Of a DNA stretch of 64,000 nt, positions 33,001 to 46,246 are shown piece after piece; positions within the stretch are counted from its first letter, which is position 1, and the number at the start of each line of letters is the position of its first letter. Source of the DNA: an uncultured Spirochaetota bacterium (GTDB lineage: Bacteria > Spirochaetota > Spirochaetia > SZUA-6 > Fen-1364); assembly GCA_963820525.1 (NCBI GenBank), contig CAWGAA010000001.1:736001-800000 (forward strand), written 5' to 3'. Below the pieces are notes generated by a model. The model was not told where the DNA came from. It searched no databases and saw nothing but the letters and a program-made list of their open reading frames with translations. A program made the position numbers and the translations under genes.

Positions 33001-35358
33001 AAGTCGTTGAAGCCGACCCCTTGACGTCCGGCTGAAAGTGTAGCAGCGGATTCGTAACAGCCGTCACGGTTGATCTGATGCGGCGGGGCGGCTTAACTCC
33101 ATGTTATATTCACGCATATTGAAGATTCTTAGATAATTTCAGTATTAGTTCCCTGTATACGTATGCTTGAGTATTGCTATCATAAAGGGCTTTTTTCCTA
33201 TTTGAGTAATGTTGTGAGATTCACCTCTTTCATTTCTTTTCTTTCCTTTGCGCGGGCCCTGGTAGTCACTAGGTCAAAGCTCGCGCCACTCTTTTGGTGG
33301 CCTCTCTTACCTTTTAACCTTGTTTTCTTTCGTTCAAGGTTGAAGTCTAGATTCAACCTGTTGCGGTCAGCTTTTTTCACTCTCTTATAGTTCTCTGCAT
33401 CGGCCCGCGCTAGTCTCTTATGTTTCCGCGTAAATATAACAAGTCGTTGCAGCTGACCGCCTAGGCTACGCGTCGTTAGAAATAACTACGCTCGTTCAAG
33501 TATTTGTTCTTTCTTGATTCGGGGCGGCAGCTGAACTCCATGTTATCTCCATCTAAATTTATATTGATTATCAATGAAGCACCAAATTATCAATTCAAGG
33601 ATATGGTATAAGACTTTTTTCAATTTCATATTTACTCATGATGGCGTTGGCATTGTTCTGGAAGGATGGCGGTGTTGTACTAGTTTGCCTGCTTGTTTTT
33701 AGGTTCAATACACTGCGCGTCACCTTGGCTTATTGTCACCGATTACATTATAGGGCTCGGATCAAGCTCTTTTAATTGATTCGATTGCTCTTTTTCTGCT
33801 TTCCTCAACGCCATCATACTGGATGGAGATAACATGTCGTTGCAGCTGACCGCCCAAGCTACGCGTCGTCACTTAGAACTACGCGCGCTCAGGTATTTCA
33901 TTTTTTTGATACGGGGCGGCAGCTGAACTCCTTGTTACATTCAACGCTAAGAATTCTTTTGTAGGAAGATTCCCTTTGTTTTTCTATTATAACTCAAGAT
34001 AAATGAAGACTATTCAATTTAGCTATATTGCATATTTTACCTCGTTGAATTCTTGTCTTACTTTTGCGCGGGCCATGTAAGTTCCCATTGGAACAGCTCG
34101 CGCTCATTAGCTGAAAGGGCGTTATTAACCTTTCTGGAATCGTATTCTTTCGCTATTGGTTGAATTCTATCATCAATCAATCAACCTTGTATTTCGTTCA
34201 TATCTTAGACTTCTCTGTTGGCCCGCGCATATTGTTTTGTTTCCGCGTAAATGTAACATTCGGTTGGAGCAGACCGCTTGGGCTACGCATCGTTACTAAT
34301 TGCTACGCTTGCTAAAATAATTGTACCTAGATGATTCGGCGCGGCTGCTCAACCGTGCGTTACATTCAACGCTAAGATATATCTTGTGGAATATTCGCTA
34401 TATTCTGCATAGAATCACTCAAGATAAAGAAGACTATACGATTTAGCTTTATATGTTACTTTGTCGAATTCTTGTTTTACTTTTGCGCGGGCCATGTAAG
34501 TTCCCATTGGAACAGCTCGCGCTCATTAGCTTAAAGGGCATTATTACCTTATAAAATCCTTTTATTTCACTATTGGTTGAATTCTATCTTCAATCAACTA
34601 ACCTTATATTTTTATCATATCGTGAAGCTTCTCTGTCGGCCCGCGCATATTGTTCTGTTTCCGCGTAAATGTAACAAGTCGTTGCAGCTGACCGCCTGGG
34701 CTACGCGTCGTTACAAATAATTACGCGTGCTGTAGTATATACACTTTTCCTGATTCGGGGCGGCAGCTGAACTCCATGTTATCTCCATCTAGATTTGTAT
34801 TGATTAGCAATGAAGCAACGTATTATTAATTCAATAATATTGGATAAGACATTTTTCAATAGATTTCTTACCCATGATAGCGTTGTCATTGCTCTGGAAG
34901 GATGGCGGTGTTGTACTAGTTTGCCTGCTTGTTTTTAGTTTCAATACACTGCACGTCACCTTGGCTTGTTGGTAACGATTACATTTTAGGGCTCGGATCA
35001 AGCTCTTTCAATTGATTCAATAGATCTTTTCTGCTTTCCTCAACGCCATCATACTTGATGGAGATAACATGTCGTTGCAGCTGACCGCCCAAGCTACGCG
35101 TCGTCACTTAGAACTACGCGTGCTCAGGTATTTCCTCTTTTTGAGGCGGGGCGGCAGCTGAACTCCTTGTTATATCCACGCTAAAGAAATTCTTTGGGAG
35201 AATGTTTTGCTTGTTCTGTTTTGAATTACTCAAAGCAAATAAAGAATTCTCTTTCACAATCTTGCGGGTTTTACCTTGTTGAATTCTTTTGATACCTTTG
35301 CGCGGGCCATCTACGTTCCTGTTGGAACAGCTCGCGCACGTTAGCTAAAGGGGCATTA

Positions 35359-36469
35359 TACAGAGCGTCTTAAGTAATTGCGCATAATTGCATAATGTGA
35401 TTTTATATAGGAATGAAACAACTGATTATCGCGGATGCCCCCACTATCATCCTTGGACTGCAAGACGAAATCCGTCGTTCACAGGAATCCCGCTATGATC
35501 ATCGACTTCATGGCATTCTGCTCGTAGCACAGGGAATGAGCTGTATTGAGGTTGCGCATTTTCTCGGCGATGCACCACGAACCGTGCAGTATTGGATTCG
35601 CCGCTTCGAGGCGGAAGGACTCGCGGGCATTGTTGAAGGCGATCGAACTGGACGACCCACACGCCTCAAACCTGAACAAATACAAGAAGTGAGCCGCGCT
35701 CTTCGACAACCACCAGCTGCCGCTGGGTTGTCTGGTAACCTATGGGATGGAAAGACACTCTCCGCCTTCATTGTACAGCGCTATAAAGTCAGGTTGGGTG
35801 TACGTCAATGTCAACGCGTCTTTCGACAACTCAACTTCCGACTGCGCAAGCCTCGTCCAGTAATTGCGCGAGCCGATCCGACTCGCCAGACCGAGTATAA
35901 AAAAAACTCAAGGCGTTGATGCTGGATGAACAGATAGATTTGTGGGCGACGGATGAGGTACACTTTCAGCAGTACGGCTCACGATGCCGAATGTGGGTTC
36001 CACCCGAAGTCAAAGATCCGGTACTGCTACATTATCCCGGGCGAAAGAGCGTGGGATACTTCGGTGCCGTTCGTCTGCGCGACGGCAAATTCTTCTTCAA
36101 ACGCGAAGAGGATAGTTTCGACGCGAATACATTCTTCGTGTTCATGAAGCAATTGCGCTTCAGAGCTTCAAAGAGTCAAAGGCGCATCGTCGTGATCACT
36201 GATAATGCCAGATACCACCATGCAAAGCTCCACAAGCAGTGGCGCGAGGAGCACAGCGCATCTTTCATACTGGATTATCTGCCGCCGTATAGTCCCGATC
36301 TGAACCCAATCGAAAGAATGTGGAAGCTCACTAGACGGCTCTGTCTGCATAACAGATACTTCCCTACTATGGGCGATGTCACGTACGCGGTTGAAGACCG
36401 CTTCGCTCAGTGGGAGGCGCCAAATGAAACATTACGTCGTTTATGCGCAATTACTTAGGACGCTATGTA
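35359..36469 (+). mobile_element. IS630-family element, intact, slightly diverged variant (orfA 35413-35919, orfB 35916-36458)
   Basis: IRs; TA duplication at 35357-58 and 36470-71; inside a family A cassette. Confidence 0.94.
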
Positions 36470-37465
36470 TAATTACCTTTTTTAGCATCACTTTCTTTCG
36501 CTTTGCCTGAATTCTATCATCAATCAACTAACCTGATATTTTATCCATATCGTGAAGCTTGTCCTTCGGCCCGCGCATATTGGTCTGTTTCCGCGTAGAT
36601 ATAACATGCTGTTGGAGTTGACCGCCTAGGCGACGCTCCCCTACTTTCAACTACGCGCGGTAATGCATTTTGTGCTTGGATGATTCGGGGCGGCAACTCA
36701 ACAGCGTCGTTACATTCAACGCTAAGAATTCTTTTATAGGAAGATTCCCTTTGTTTTTCTATTATAACTCAAGATAGATTAAGACTATTCAATTTAGCTA
36801 TATTGCATATTTTACCTCGTTGAATTCTTGTCTTACTTTTGCGCGGGCCATGTAAGTTCCCATTGGAGCAGCTCGCGCTAATTAGCTGAAAGGGCGTTAT
36901 TAACCTTTCTGGAATCGTATTCTTTCGCTATTGGTTGAATTCTATCATCAATCAATCAACCTTGTATTTCGTTCATGTCTTAGACTTCTCTGTTGGCCCG
37001 CGCATATTGTTTTGTTTCCGCGTAAATGTAACATTCGGTTGGAGCAGACCGCTTGGGCTACGCATCGTTACTAATTGCTACGCTTGCTAAAATAATTGTA
37101 CCTAGATGATTCGGCGCGGCTGCTCAACCGTGCGTTATATTCACGCATATTGATGATTCTTAGATAATTTCAGTATTAGTTCCCTGTATACGTATGCTTG
37201 AGTATTGCTATCATAAAGGGCTTTTTTCCTATTTGAGTAATGTTGTGAGATTCACCTCTTTCATTTCTTTTCTTTCCTTTGCGCGGGCCCTGGTAGTCAC
37301 TAGCTCAAAGCTCGCGCCACTCTTTTGGTGGCCTCTATTACCTTTTAACCTTGTTTTCTTTCGTTCAAGGTTGAAGTCTAGATTCAACCTGTTGCGGTCA
37401 GCTTTTTTCACTCTCTTATAGTTCTCTGCATCGGCCCGCGCTAGTCTCTTATGTTTCCGCGTAAA

Positions 37466-38551
37466 CCTGAATTCAACCTCGAAGTGCAACGATTCTTATT
37501 TTTCATGATACACCTCCTGGGGCGTTCTGTAGCCGTGCCGTTTTCTAGGCCTTGAGTTTAGGCTAAAGGCAATCTGCTCGCATAGAGCTTGAGTGACATC
37601 CCTCATGCAGGTTTTCTTTGGAAGATACTGACGGATCAAACCGTTTAGGTTCTCGTTGCTGCCTCGCTCCCAGGAATGATAAGGCGTTGCAAAGTAGCAT
37701 TTCAGTTCGGAATGATCCTCCAGGGTCCTGTAGTCATGGAATTCTGTACCGTTGTCCAAGGTGAGTGTCTTGAAGTTGGCTACGTTCTCCCTAATAGCCG
37801 GCAGTGCTGCCTCTGTTACTGAGGCTGCTGTTCTTGAGCTCATTTTCCTTATGATAGCAAATCCCGACTTTCGTTCCACCAGAGTGAGGATGCAGTGATG
37901 AAGGTCCCTGCCCATGACGGTGTCGCCCTCCCAATGACCCAATTCTTTACGAGTTTCAACCTCTGGAGGCCTCGTTGAAATATGGCGTTTTCCTGGGAGA
38001 ATTCCTCTTGAATCCCTTGAATTGTAACGTTTTCGCCGCAGTTTCGGCATGATTCGAAGGTTCTTAAATAGCGTTCCTCCATGTTTCTTATCGTTCAGGA
38101 TGTACTTGTAGATGGTCTCGTGACTGATTGTGAATGATCCATTCTTCTTCTGGTAAGCAGATATCTGTTCAGGGCTCCATTTCTCTTTCAAAAGAACAGT
38201 TACTTGCTGCATTTGTTCTGGGCTGAAGCGCGAACCGCGCCTTTCACGTCGCCGTCTTGCAGTTGAATAGCTTTGGGCAAGCTCAGCTCGGTACCTCAAG
38301 TCATGGTTAGTTCGGTTTCGATGAAGTTCCCTGCTGATCGTGCTAGCTGAGCGACCTAGCTCACGTGCAATGTCAGCTTTAGATCTTCGGCTTACTAAAA
38401 AAGCTGTTATGGTGTATCTTTCTTCTCGAGAGAGTTGGTGATAGTTATTCATGTATGAATCCCCTTTCTTGGCGGAAAATGGAGGCATACAATAATATCT
38501 CAGCTCTCTCATTTTTAATCCATATCGTTGCGCTTACTATTTGAACCTGCG
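37466..38551 (-). mobile_element. IS30-family element copy 2 (transposase 37496-38512)
   Basis: Same IRs; AAA duplication. Confidence 0.95.
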
Positions 38552-40299
38552 AAATATAACAAGTCGTTGCAGCTGACCGCCTAGGCTACGCGTCGTTAGA
38601 AATAACTACGCTCGTTCAAGTATTTGTTCTTTCTTGATTCGGGGCGGCAGCTGAACTCCATGTTATATCCAATCAAATTTATGGTGATTAGCAATGAATT
38701 AAAGAATTATTAATTCAATAATATTGGAGAAGATGTTTTTCAATAGCTTCCTTTCACATGATGGCGTTGGCATTTGGCGGGAAGGTTGGCGGCGTTGTAC
38801 TACATTGCCTGCTTATCTTTAGCTTCAATTCATGGCACGTCACTTTGGCTTGTTATCACCGATTACATTCAACGGCTCAGATCAAGCTCTTTCAAATGAT
38901 TCGATAGATCTTTTCTGCTTTCCTCAACGCCATCATACCTGATGGATATAACATGCGGTTGGAGTTGTCCGCCTATGTCACGCTTCGTTACATTTTGTTT
39001 CATTTGCTAGGGTTCCTTCGGTTGATGATTCGGGGCGGCAACTCAACAGCGTCGTTATATTCACGCATATTGAAGATTCTTAGATAATTTCAGTATTAGT
39101 TCCCTGTATACGTATGCTTGAGTATTGCTATCCTAAAGGGCTTTTTTCCTATTTGAGTAATGTTGTGAGATTCACCTCTTTCATTTCTTTTCTTTCCTTT
39201 GCGCGGGCCCTGGTAGTCACTAGGTAAAAGCTCGCGCCACTCTTTTGGTGGCCTCTATTACCTTTTAACCTTGTTTTCTTTCGTTCAAGGTTGAAGTCTA
39301 GATTCAACCTGTTGCGGTCAGCTTTTTTCACTCTCTTATAGTTCTCTGCATCGGCCCGCGCTAGTCTCTTATGTTTCCGCGTAAATATAACAAGTCGTTG
39401 CAGCTGACCGCCTAGGCTACGCGTCGTTAGAAATAACTACGCTCGTTCAAGTATTTGTTCTTTCTTGATTCGGGGCGGCAGCTGAACTCCATGTTATCTC
39501 TATCTAGATTTATATTGGTTAGCAATGAAGTTAAGAATTATTAATTCAATAATCTTGGATAAGACGTTTTTCACTAGCTTGCTTTCCCATGATGGCGTTG
39601 GCTTTGCTCTGGAAGGATGGCGGTGTTGTACTAGGGTGCATGCTTATTTTTAGTTTCAATACTCTGCACATCACCTTGGCTTATTATCACCGATTGCATT
39701 CTACGGCTCGTATCAAGCTCTTTCAATTGATTCGCTAGATCTTTTCTGCTTTCCGCAACGCCATCATACTGGATAGAGATAACATGTCGTTGCAGCTGAC
39801 CGCCTAGGATACGCGTCATCACTGATAATTACGCGCGCTCAAGTATTTGTTTTTCCTATGCGGGGCGGCAGCTGAACTCTGTGTTATATCCAATCAAATT
39901 TATGATGATTAGAAATGATGTAAAGAATTATAATTCAATAATATTGGATAGGAGGTTTTTCAATAGATTGCTTTCCCATGATGGCGTTGACATTGCTCTG
40001 GAAGGATGGCGGTGTTGTACTACTTTTCATGCTTGTCTTTAGTTTCAATGCATGGTACGTCACCTTGGCTTATTATCACCGATTACATTCTACGGCTTGG
40101 ATCAAGCTCTTTCAATTGATTCGCTATATCTTTTCTGCTTTCCTCAACGCCATCATACTGGATGGATATAACATGCTGTTGGAGTTGACCGCCTAGGCTA
40201 CGCTTCGTTGCCATTGACTACGCGCGTTGAAGCAATTGTACTTGGATGATTCGGGGCGGCAACTCAACAGCGTCGTTAGCCTGCTTTAAGGATGAGAAA

Positions 40300-41133
40300 A
40301 TGAAAGTATTCATGACAGGAAATCGTGGATTCATTGGACAAATAGTTGAAAAAGAACTGCTTTCCTCTGGTTTTCAAGTGAAAGGTTATGATATTGAAGA
40401 TGATCAGGATGTTCTTGATTACGGGAAACTAGAACAAGAAATGTCTGGCTGTAAACTCGTTATTCATCTTGCATCTATCGAAACAGAACATGAAATTGAA
40501 ACAATGGATGTCAACTTATTAGGAACATGGAATGTTCTTCAAATCGCTAAACGGAATAATGTACAGAAAATAGTCTATATAAGTAGCGTAGATGCTCTTG
40601 GAGTATTTCAAGGAGAAGGGATACCCAAATATTTGCCTCTTGATGATGATTATCCTTGCCACCCGAGAGCTACATATTCTATATCAAAACTTCTTTCAGA
40701 GGAGATGTGCTATCATTATTTTCGTGCTACTGGAACTAGCATTATCATTCTCAGACCTCCAGGCGTTTGGAATAAAGAAACATACTCTGAAATAAAGACT
40801 TACCGTCAGATTAGGCCTGAATATGAATGGGATCCATATTGGGAATATGGGGCATTTATAGATGTTAGGGACCTGTCAAAAGCAATTGTATTATCACTTG
40901 ATGGTGAAATAAAGGGATTCCATAAACATCTTATTGCATCAGATGATATCACAACATCCGGAATGACAAGCATGGAATTGGTACATAAATTAATGCCTCA
41001 AGTTGAATGGCGTGGCAATGATGAATATGTAAAAGAACCATATAAATCATTATTGAATACAAATGCGATTAAGAAATTATTAAAATGGAGTCCGAAGTAT
41101 TCATGGAAATTGAGTGAAAAGAAAGCAGGCTAA
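40300..41133 (+). CDS. NAD-dependent epimerase/dehydratase family protein
   Basis: MKVFMTGNRGFIG, VIHLA, YISS, YSISK, ILRP; track start 40246 lies in attC. Confidence 0.92.
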   Translation: MKVFMTGNRGFIGQIVEKELLSSGFQVKGYDIEDDQDVLDYGKLEQEMSGCKLVIHLASIETEHEIETMDVNLLGTWNVLQIAKRNNVQKIVYISSVDALGVFQGEGIPKYLPLDDDYPCHPRATYSISKLLSEEMCYHYFRATGTSIIILRPPGVWNKETYSEIKTYRQIRPEYEWDPYWEYGAFIDVRDLSKAIVLSLDGEIKGFHKHLIASDDITTSGMTSMELVHKLMPQVEWRGNDEYVKEPYKSLLNTNAIKKLLKWSPKYSWKLSEKKAG

Positions 41134-41688
41134 CATGCTGTTGGAGTTGACCGCCCAGGCTACGCGTCGTGACTATTAGCTACATGCGGTAAAGCCTGTT
41201 GTACTTGGATGATTCGGGGCGGCAACTCAACAGCGTCGTTACATCCACGCTAATAATTTCTTTGAGAGAATATTTTGCCTGTTCTGTTTTGAATTATTCA
41301 AAGCAAATAAAGAATTCGATTTAGCAATCTTGCAGGTTTTACTTTGGTGAATTCCTCTGATACTTTTGCACGGGCCATGTAAGTTCCCATTGGAACAGCT
41401 CGCGCCCATTAGCTGAAAGGGCATCATCAACTTTTAACATTATTTTCTTTCGATATGCCCGAATTCTATTATCAATCAACTAACCTTATTTTTTCTTCAT
41501 ATCGTGAAGCTTCTTTGCTGGCCCGCGCATATTGTTCTTTTTCCGCGTAGATGTAACATGCGGTTGGAGCAGACCGCTTGGACTACGCATCGTTACTTAT
41601 AGCTACGCGTGTTAAAACCAATTGTACCTGGATGATGCGGCGCGGCTGCTCAACCGCGTCGTTATGCCGTCTTGATGGAGGTGTCAAA

Positions 41689-42534
41689 GTGAGTGAGTAC
41701 TTCCTGCAAGTTGAATACTGGCCTCAAAAGCTGCCGAATGCGCATCGAGAGCTACTGCAAGGAATCATCAGGAACATTTCTGCACGTTCAGATCTACTAG
41801 GACTGGCCATCGGTGGTTCCTTCGTATCCGGAGAAATGGACGAGTATTCAGACCTGGGCCTAAAGGTTATCGCGGACGCAAAGGAATGGCAAGCGGTAAA
41901 CGAAGCTCGGAAGCAGATAGCCGCGTCCGTCGGCCCCTTGCTCGCTACATTCACGGCGGAGCATATTGGCGTTCCACAGATGCTCATATGCCTGTACGGC
42001 GAGCTTCCCATACATGTAGATCTGCACTTCATGGTTCCTGAGCAATTTGCTTCAAGGCCGGAGGATCCGGTGATACTGTGGGATCGCAATGGGATGTTGC
42101 ATGCCGTATTGTCCCACAGCAAACCATACTCAACGTCGGTGGACTGGCAGTGGATCGAAGATAGGTTTTGGACTTGGATACACTACGTAGCAACAAGAGT
42201 CGCACGGGGAGAATTGTTTGAAACGATTCGATTCCTGTCACTTATAGGAGAGAAAGTACTTGGGCCGATAGCTGTCGAGATCTCAGGTGGCAAGTCACAC
42301 GGACTACGTCGTTTTGAGCAGATTGCAGGCAAATACCTTGACCCAATGCGATCAACAGTCGTCTCTTACAATAGGGATGAGATGGTTCAAGCGCTTTTCA
42401 ACGTGGTGGATATCTACAGGTCCTTTCGGAAGAACCATGCGCCAGGTACCCTGAGAATTAACGAGAAAGCGGAAGAAGTAGTCATTCACTATCTTGAGAA
42501 CATATCAAGGCAAGTCGCTGCAGAGACGGCATAA
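41689..42534 (+). CDS. Nucleotidyltransferase domain protein (Lnu/AadE-like architecture)
   Basis: GGSFVSGEMDEYSDL motif, HVDL, helical C-terminus RGELFE; GGAGG RBS then GTG 41689. Confidence 0.8.
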   Translation: MSEYFLQVEYWPQKLPNAHRELLQGIIRNISARSDLLGLAIGGSFVSGEMDEYSDLGLKVIADAKEWQAVNEARKQIAASVGPLLATFTAEHIGVPQMLICLYGELPIHVDLHFMVPEQFASRPEDPVILWDRNGMLHAVLSHSKPYSTSVDWQWIEDRFWTWIHYVATRVARGELFETIRFLSLIGEKVLGPIAVEISGGKSHGLRRFEQIAGKYLDPMRSTVVSYNRDEMVQALFNVVDIYRSFRKNHAPGTLRINEKAEEVVIHYLENISRQVAAETA

Positions 42535-43225
42535 CATCTCGTTGCAGTTGACGCCTTAGGTGGTCTTCTGTTTCGAGGGACTGTCGTCGCCGGGGTTCGC
42601 TTCGCGCTGGTGAATCGGCGGCGCAACTGAACTCGGCGTTATATCCATCTAAATTTATATTGATTAGTGAAGAAGCATCGGATTATTAATTCGATAATAA
42701 TAAAAGACGTATTTCAATTGCCTATTTGCCTATGATGGCGTTGGCATTGCTCTGGAAGGATGGCTGTGTTGTACTACATTGCTTGCTTTTCTTTAGTTTC
42801 AGTACATGGCACGTCACCTCGGCTTGCCAACACCGATTGCATTCAACGGCTCGGATCAAGCTCCTTCAATTGATTAGATAGATCTTTTCTGCTTTCCTCA
42901 ACGCCATCATACTGGATGGATATAACATGCTGTTGGAGTTGTCCGCCTTGGCTACGCTTCGTTACTGATGCTACGCGCGCTTAAGCATTTGTACTTGGAT
43001 GATTCGGGGCGGCAACTCAACAGCGTCGTTACGCGGCTTTGATAGAATTATATAAGCATGAATGGAGAATGTCTCGAGTCTAATCTGGCAATGAAAGAAT
43101 GCGGGCTAGAAACAAACGGGTAAAAAGATTCAATCGAATCGACATTAGGGAAATATGAAACGTTGATGATTTGACTTTAATCGCGGGGTGGTGCACCATT
43201 AATTTCTTTCGGAGGAGGAGTAGTC

Positions 43226-43519
43226 ATGGTAAGAAGAATTCTGCTTATGAAAATGACAGACCAGGGAGCAAAGGACATCAAGGGAGCGCCTCAGCGAGTT
43301 GAACAGGCAATAGCTACCTTCGAAAAGATGGGTGGCAAGATAGTCGGCTTCTATCTTGTCACTGGAGAGTATGACTATATTGCCATTGGGGAAGCGCCGA
43401 CTGATGAGGTCGCCATGTCTTTCGCCATGGGGCTGAGCGCCCTGGGGAATGTCAGAACCGTATCAATCCAGGCATACACCAAGGAAGAGTTTGCTGGTAT
43501 GGTCAAGAAGCTACCGTAG
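43226..43519 (+). CDS. GYD domain protein
   Basis: TDQGAKDIK...GGKIVGFYLVTGEYD. Confidence 0.9.
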   Translation: MVRRILLMKMTDQGAKDIKGAPQRVEQAIATFEKMGGKIVGFYLVTGEYDYIAIGEAPTDEVAMSFAMGLSALGNVRTVSIQAYTKEEFAGMVKKLP

Positions 43520-44257
43520 CCTAATAAAAAGTAGATGCTGGTGCACCACCAGACAAATACCCGGTATGGCCTTCATTCTATTTATGTCGACACTCATCAA
43601 GCATAGATTGTTTTCACAAGTGTGGAGGATCTATCCACAAATAAGCTAAATGCGAAATAGATTGTCTATATAAGAAATAAAAGAGCCGCGTAACAAGTCG
43701 TTGCAGTTGACGCCTTTGATTGTAGGTGGAACGGAATGTTGGCTTAGAAGAACCGCTAGGCTTGACTGAATCGGCGGCGCAACTGAACTCCATTTTACAT
43801 TCAACGCTAAGAATTCTTTTGTAGGAAGATTCCCTTTGTTCTTTTATTATTCCTCAAGACAAATGAAGACTATTCAATTTAGCTGTTTTTCATATTTTAC
43901 TTCGTTGAATTCTTGTTTTACTTTTGCGCGGGCCATGTAAGTTCCCATTGGAACAGCTCGCGCTCATTAGCTGAAAGGGCGTTATTAACCTTTCTGGAAT
44001 CGTATTCTTTCGCTATTGCTTGAATTCTATCATCAATCAACCAACCTTGTATTTCGTTCATATCTTAGACTTCTTTGTTGGCCCGCGCATATTGTTTTGT
44101 TTCCGCGTAAATGTAACATTCGGTTGGAGCAGACCGCTTGGACTACGCATCGTTGCTGATAGCTACGCGTGCTAAAACCAATTGTACCTGGATGATGCGG
44201 CGCGGCTGCTCAACCGCGTCGTTAGACGGCAAAAGTTTTAAATAATAGAGGTGCAAT

Positions 44258-44989
44258 ATGATTACTGAATTCCCTAAGAACATTCATGACAAGCTGAAAA
44301 CCTATGTCTACTTATATATTGATCCAAGAGATAATAGCATATTCTATGTAGGAAAAGGTGTCGGTAATCGTGCTTTTTCTCATCTAAAAGATTTTTCTGA
44401 AACATAAAAGTCTGAACGTATCCAAGAAATTACCCAACATGGCTCATGTCCAAGAATCGAAATATTAATCCACGGCCTTGATGATGAAACGGCAAAGAGG
44501 GTTGAAGCTTCGTTAATCGATTTGCTTGGAATTGATACTTTATTAAATCAAGTTAGAGGATACCAATCAAAAGAGTATGGCAGAATGTCACCAGAACAAT
44601 TAATCGCAGTCTATGACGTGGAAAAGGTTGAAATAGAAGAACCCTCGATACTTATAACTATCAATAAATCCTTTCACTACGGAATGCAGCCTATTGAACT
44701 ATATGATGCAACCAGATCAGCGTGGGTTATTGGTGAAAGGAAACGTGCCGCAAAATATGCATTAGCTGTCTATTCGGGAGTTGTTCAAGAAGTTTATGAA
44801 ATTAAGGATTGGTACCCATCACATTCTACTTTCAATACAAAAAACTATGAAGATGAAATTGAATCAAATGAGGATAGATGGGAATTTGTAGGAAAATTAG
44901 CTGACAATAAAATTAGAAATAAATATAAATTTAAAAATGTATCTGAATATGTTGGAGCTCAGAACCCTATAAAATATGTAAAATGCTAG
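44258..44989 (+). pseudogene. LEM-3-like GIY-YIG nuclease with in-frame TAA at 44405-44407
   Basis: [27 protein letters not shown] ... * ... AKRVEASLIDLLG, same frame as the 44522-44989 ORF. Confidence 0.85.
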
Positions 44990-44997
44990 ATTTGCCG

Positions 44998-46083
44998 CCT
45001 GAATTCAACCTCGAAGTGCAACGATTCTTATTTTTCATGATACACCTCCTGGGGCGTTCTGTAGCCGTGCCGTTTTCTAGGCCTTGAGTTTAGGCTAAAG
45101 GCAATCTGCTCGCATAGAGCTTGAGTGACATCCCTCATGCAGGTTTTCTTTGGAAGATACTGACGGATCAAACCGTTTAGGTTCTCGTTGCTGCCTCGCT
45201 CCCAGGAATGATAAGGCGTTGCAAAGTAGCATTTCAGTTCGGAATGATCCTCCAGGGTCCTGTAGTCATGGAATTCTGTACCGTTGTCCAAGGTGAGTGT
45301 CTTGAAGTTGGCTACGTTCTCCCTAATAGCCGGCAGTGCTGCCTCTGTTACTGAGGCTGCTGTTCTTGAGCTCATTTTCCTTATGATAGCAAATCCCGAC
45401 TTTCGTTCCACCAGAGTGAGGATGCAGTGATGAAGGTCCCTGCCCATGACGGTGTCGCCCTCCCAATGACCCAATTCTTTACGAGTTTCAACCTCTGGAG
45501 GCCTCGTTGAAATATGGCGTTTTCCTGGGAGAATTCCTCTTGAATCCCTTGAATTGTAACGTTTTCGCCGCAGTTTCGGCATGATTCGAAGGTTCTTAAA
45601 TAGCGTTCCTCCATGTTTCTTATCGTTCAGGATGTACTTGTAGATGGTCTCGTGACTGATTGTGAATGATCCATTCTTCTTCTGGTAAGCAGATATCTGT
45701 TCAGGGCTCCATTTCTCTTTCAAAAGAACAGTTACTTGCTGCATTTGTTCTGGGCTGAAGCGCGAACCGCGCCTTTCACGTCGCCGTCTTGCAGTTGAAT
45801 AGCTTTGGGCAAGCTCAGCTCGGTACCTCAAGTCATGGTTAGTTCGGTTTCGATGAAGTTCCCTGCTGATCGTGCTAGCTGAGCGACCTAGCTCACGTGC
45901 AATGTCAGCTTTAGATCTTCGGCTTACTAAAAAAGCTGTTATGGTGTATCTTTCTTCTCGAGAGAGTTGGTGATAGTTATTCATGTATGAATCCCCTTTC
46001 TTGGCGGAAAATGGAGGCATACAATAATATCTCAGCTCTCTCATTTTTAATCCATATCGTTGCGCTTACTATTTGAACCTGCG
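44998..46083 (-). mobile_element. IS30-family element copy 3 (transposase 45028-46044)
   Basis: Same IRs; CCG duplication. Confidence 0.95.
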
Positions 46084-46246
46084 CCGTCTAACATGCTGTT
46101 GGAGTTGACCCCTGGAATTTCAATTTGAACTGCTGCTTGCTTCTCGGACTCTACTGTAGCTTGGCCCTTCGGGCGGCGGGGCAACTCAACAGCGTTGTTA
46201 TGTGGATATAAGTTACTTCTAGTATATTAGGTTATAGGAGAATACT

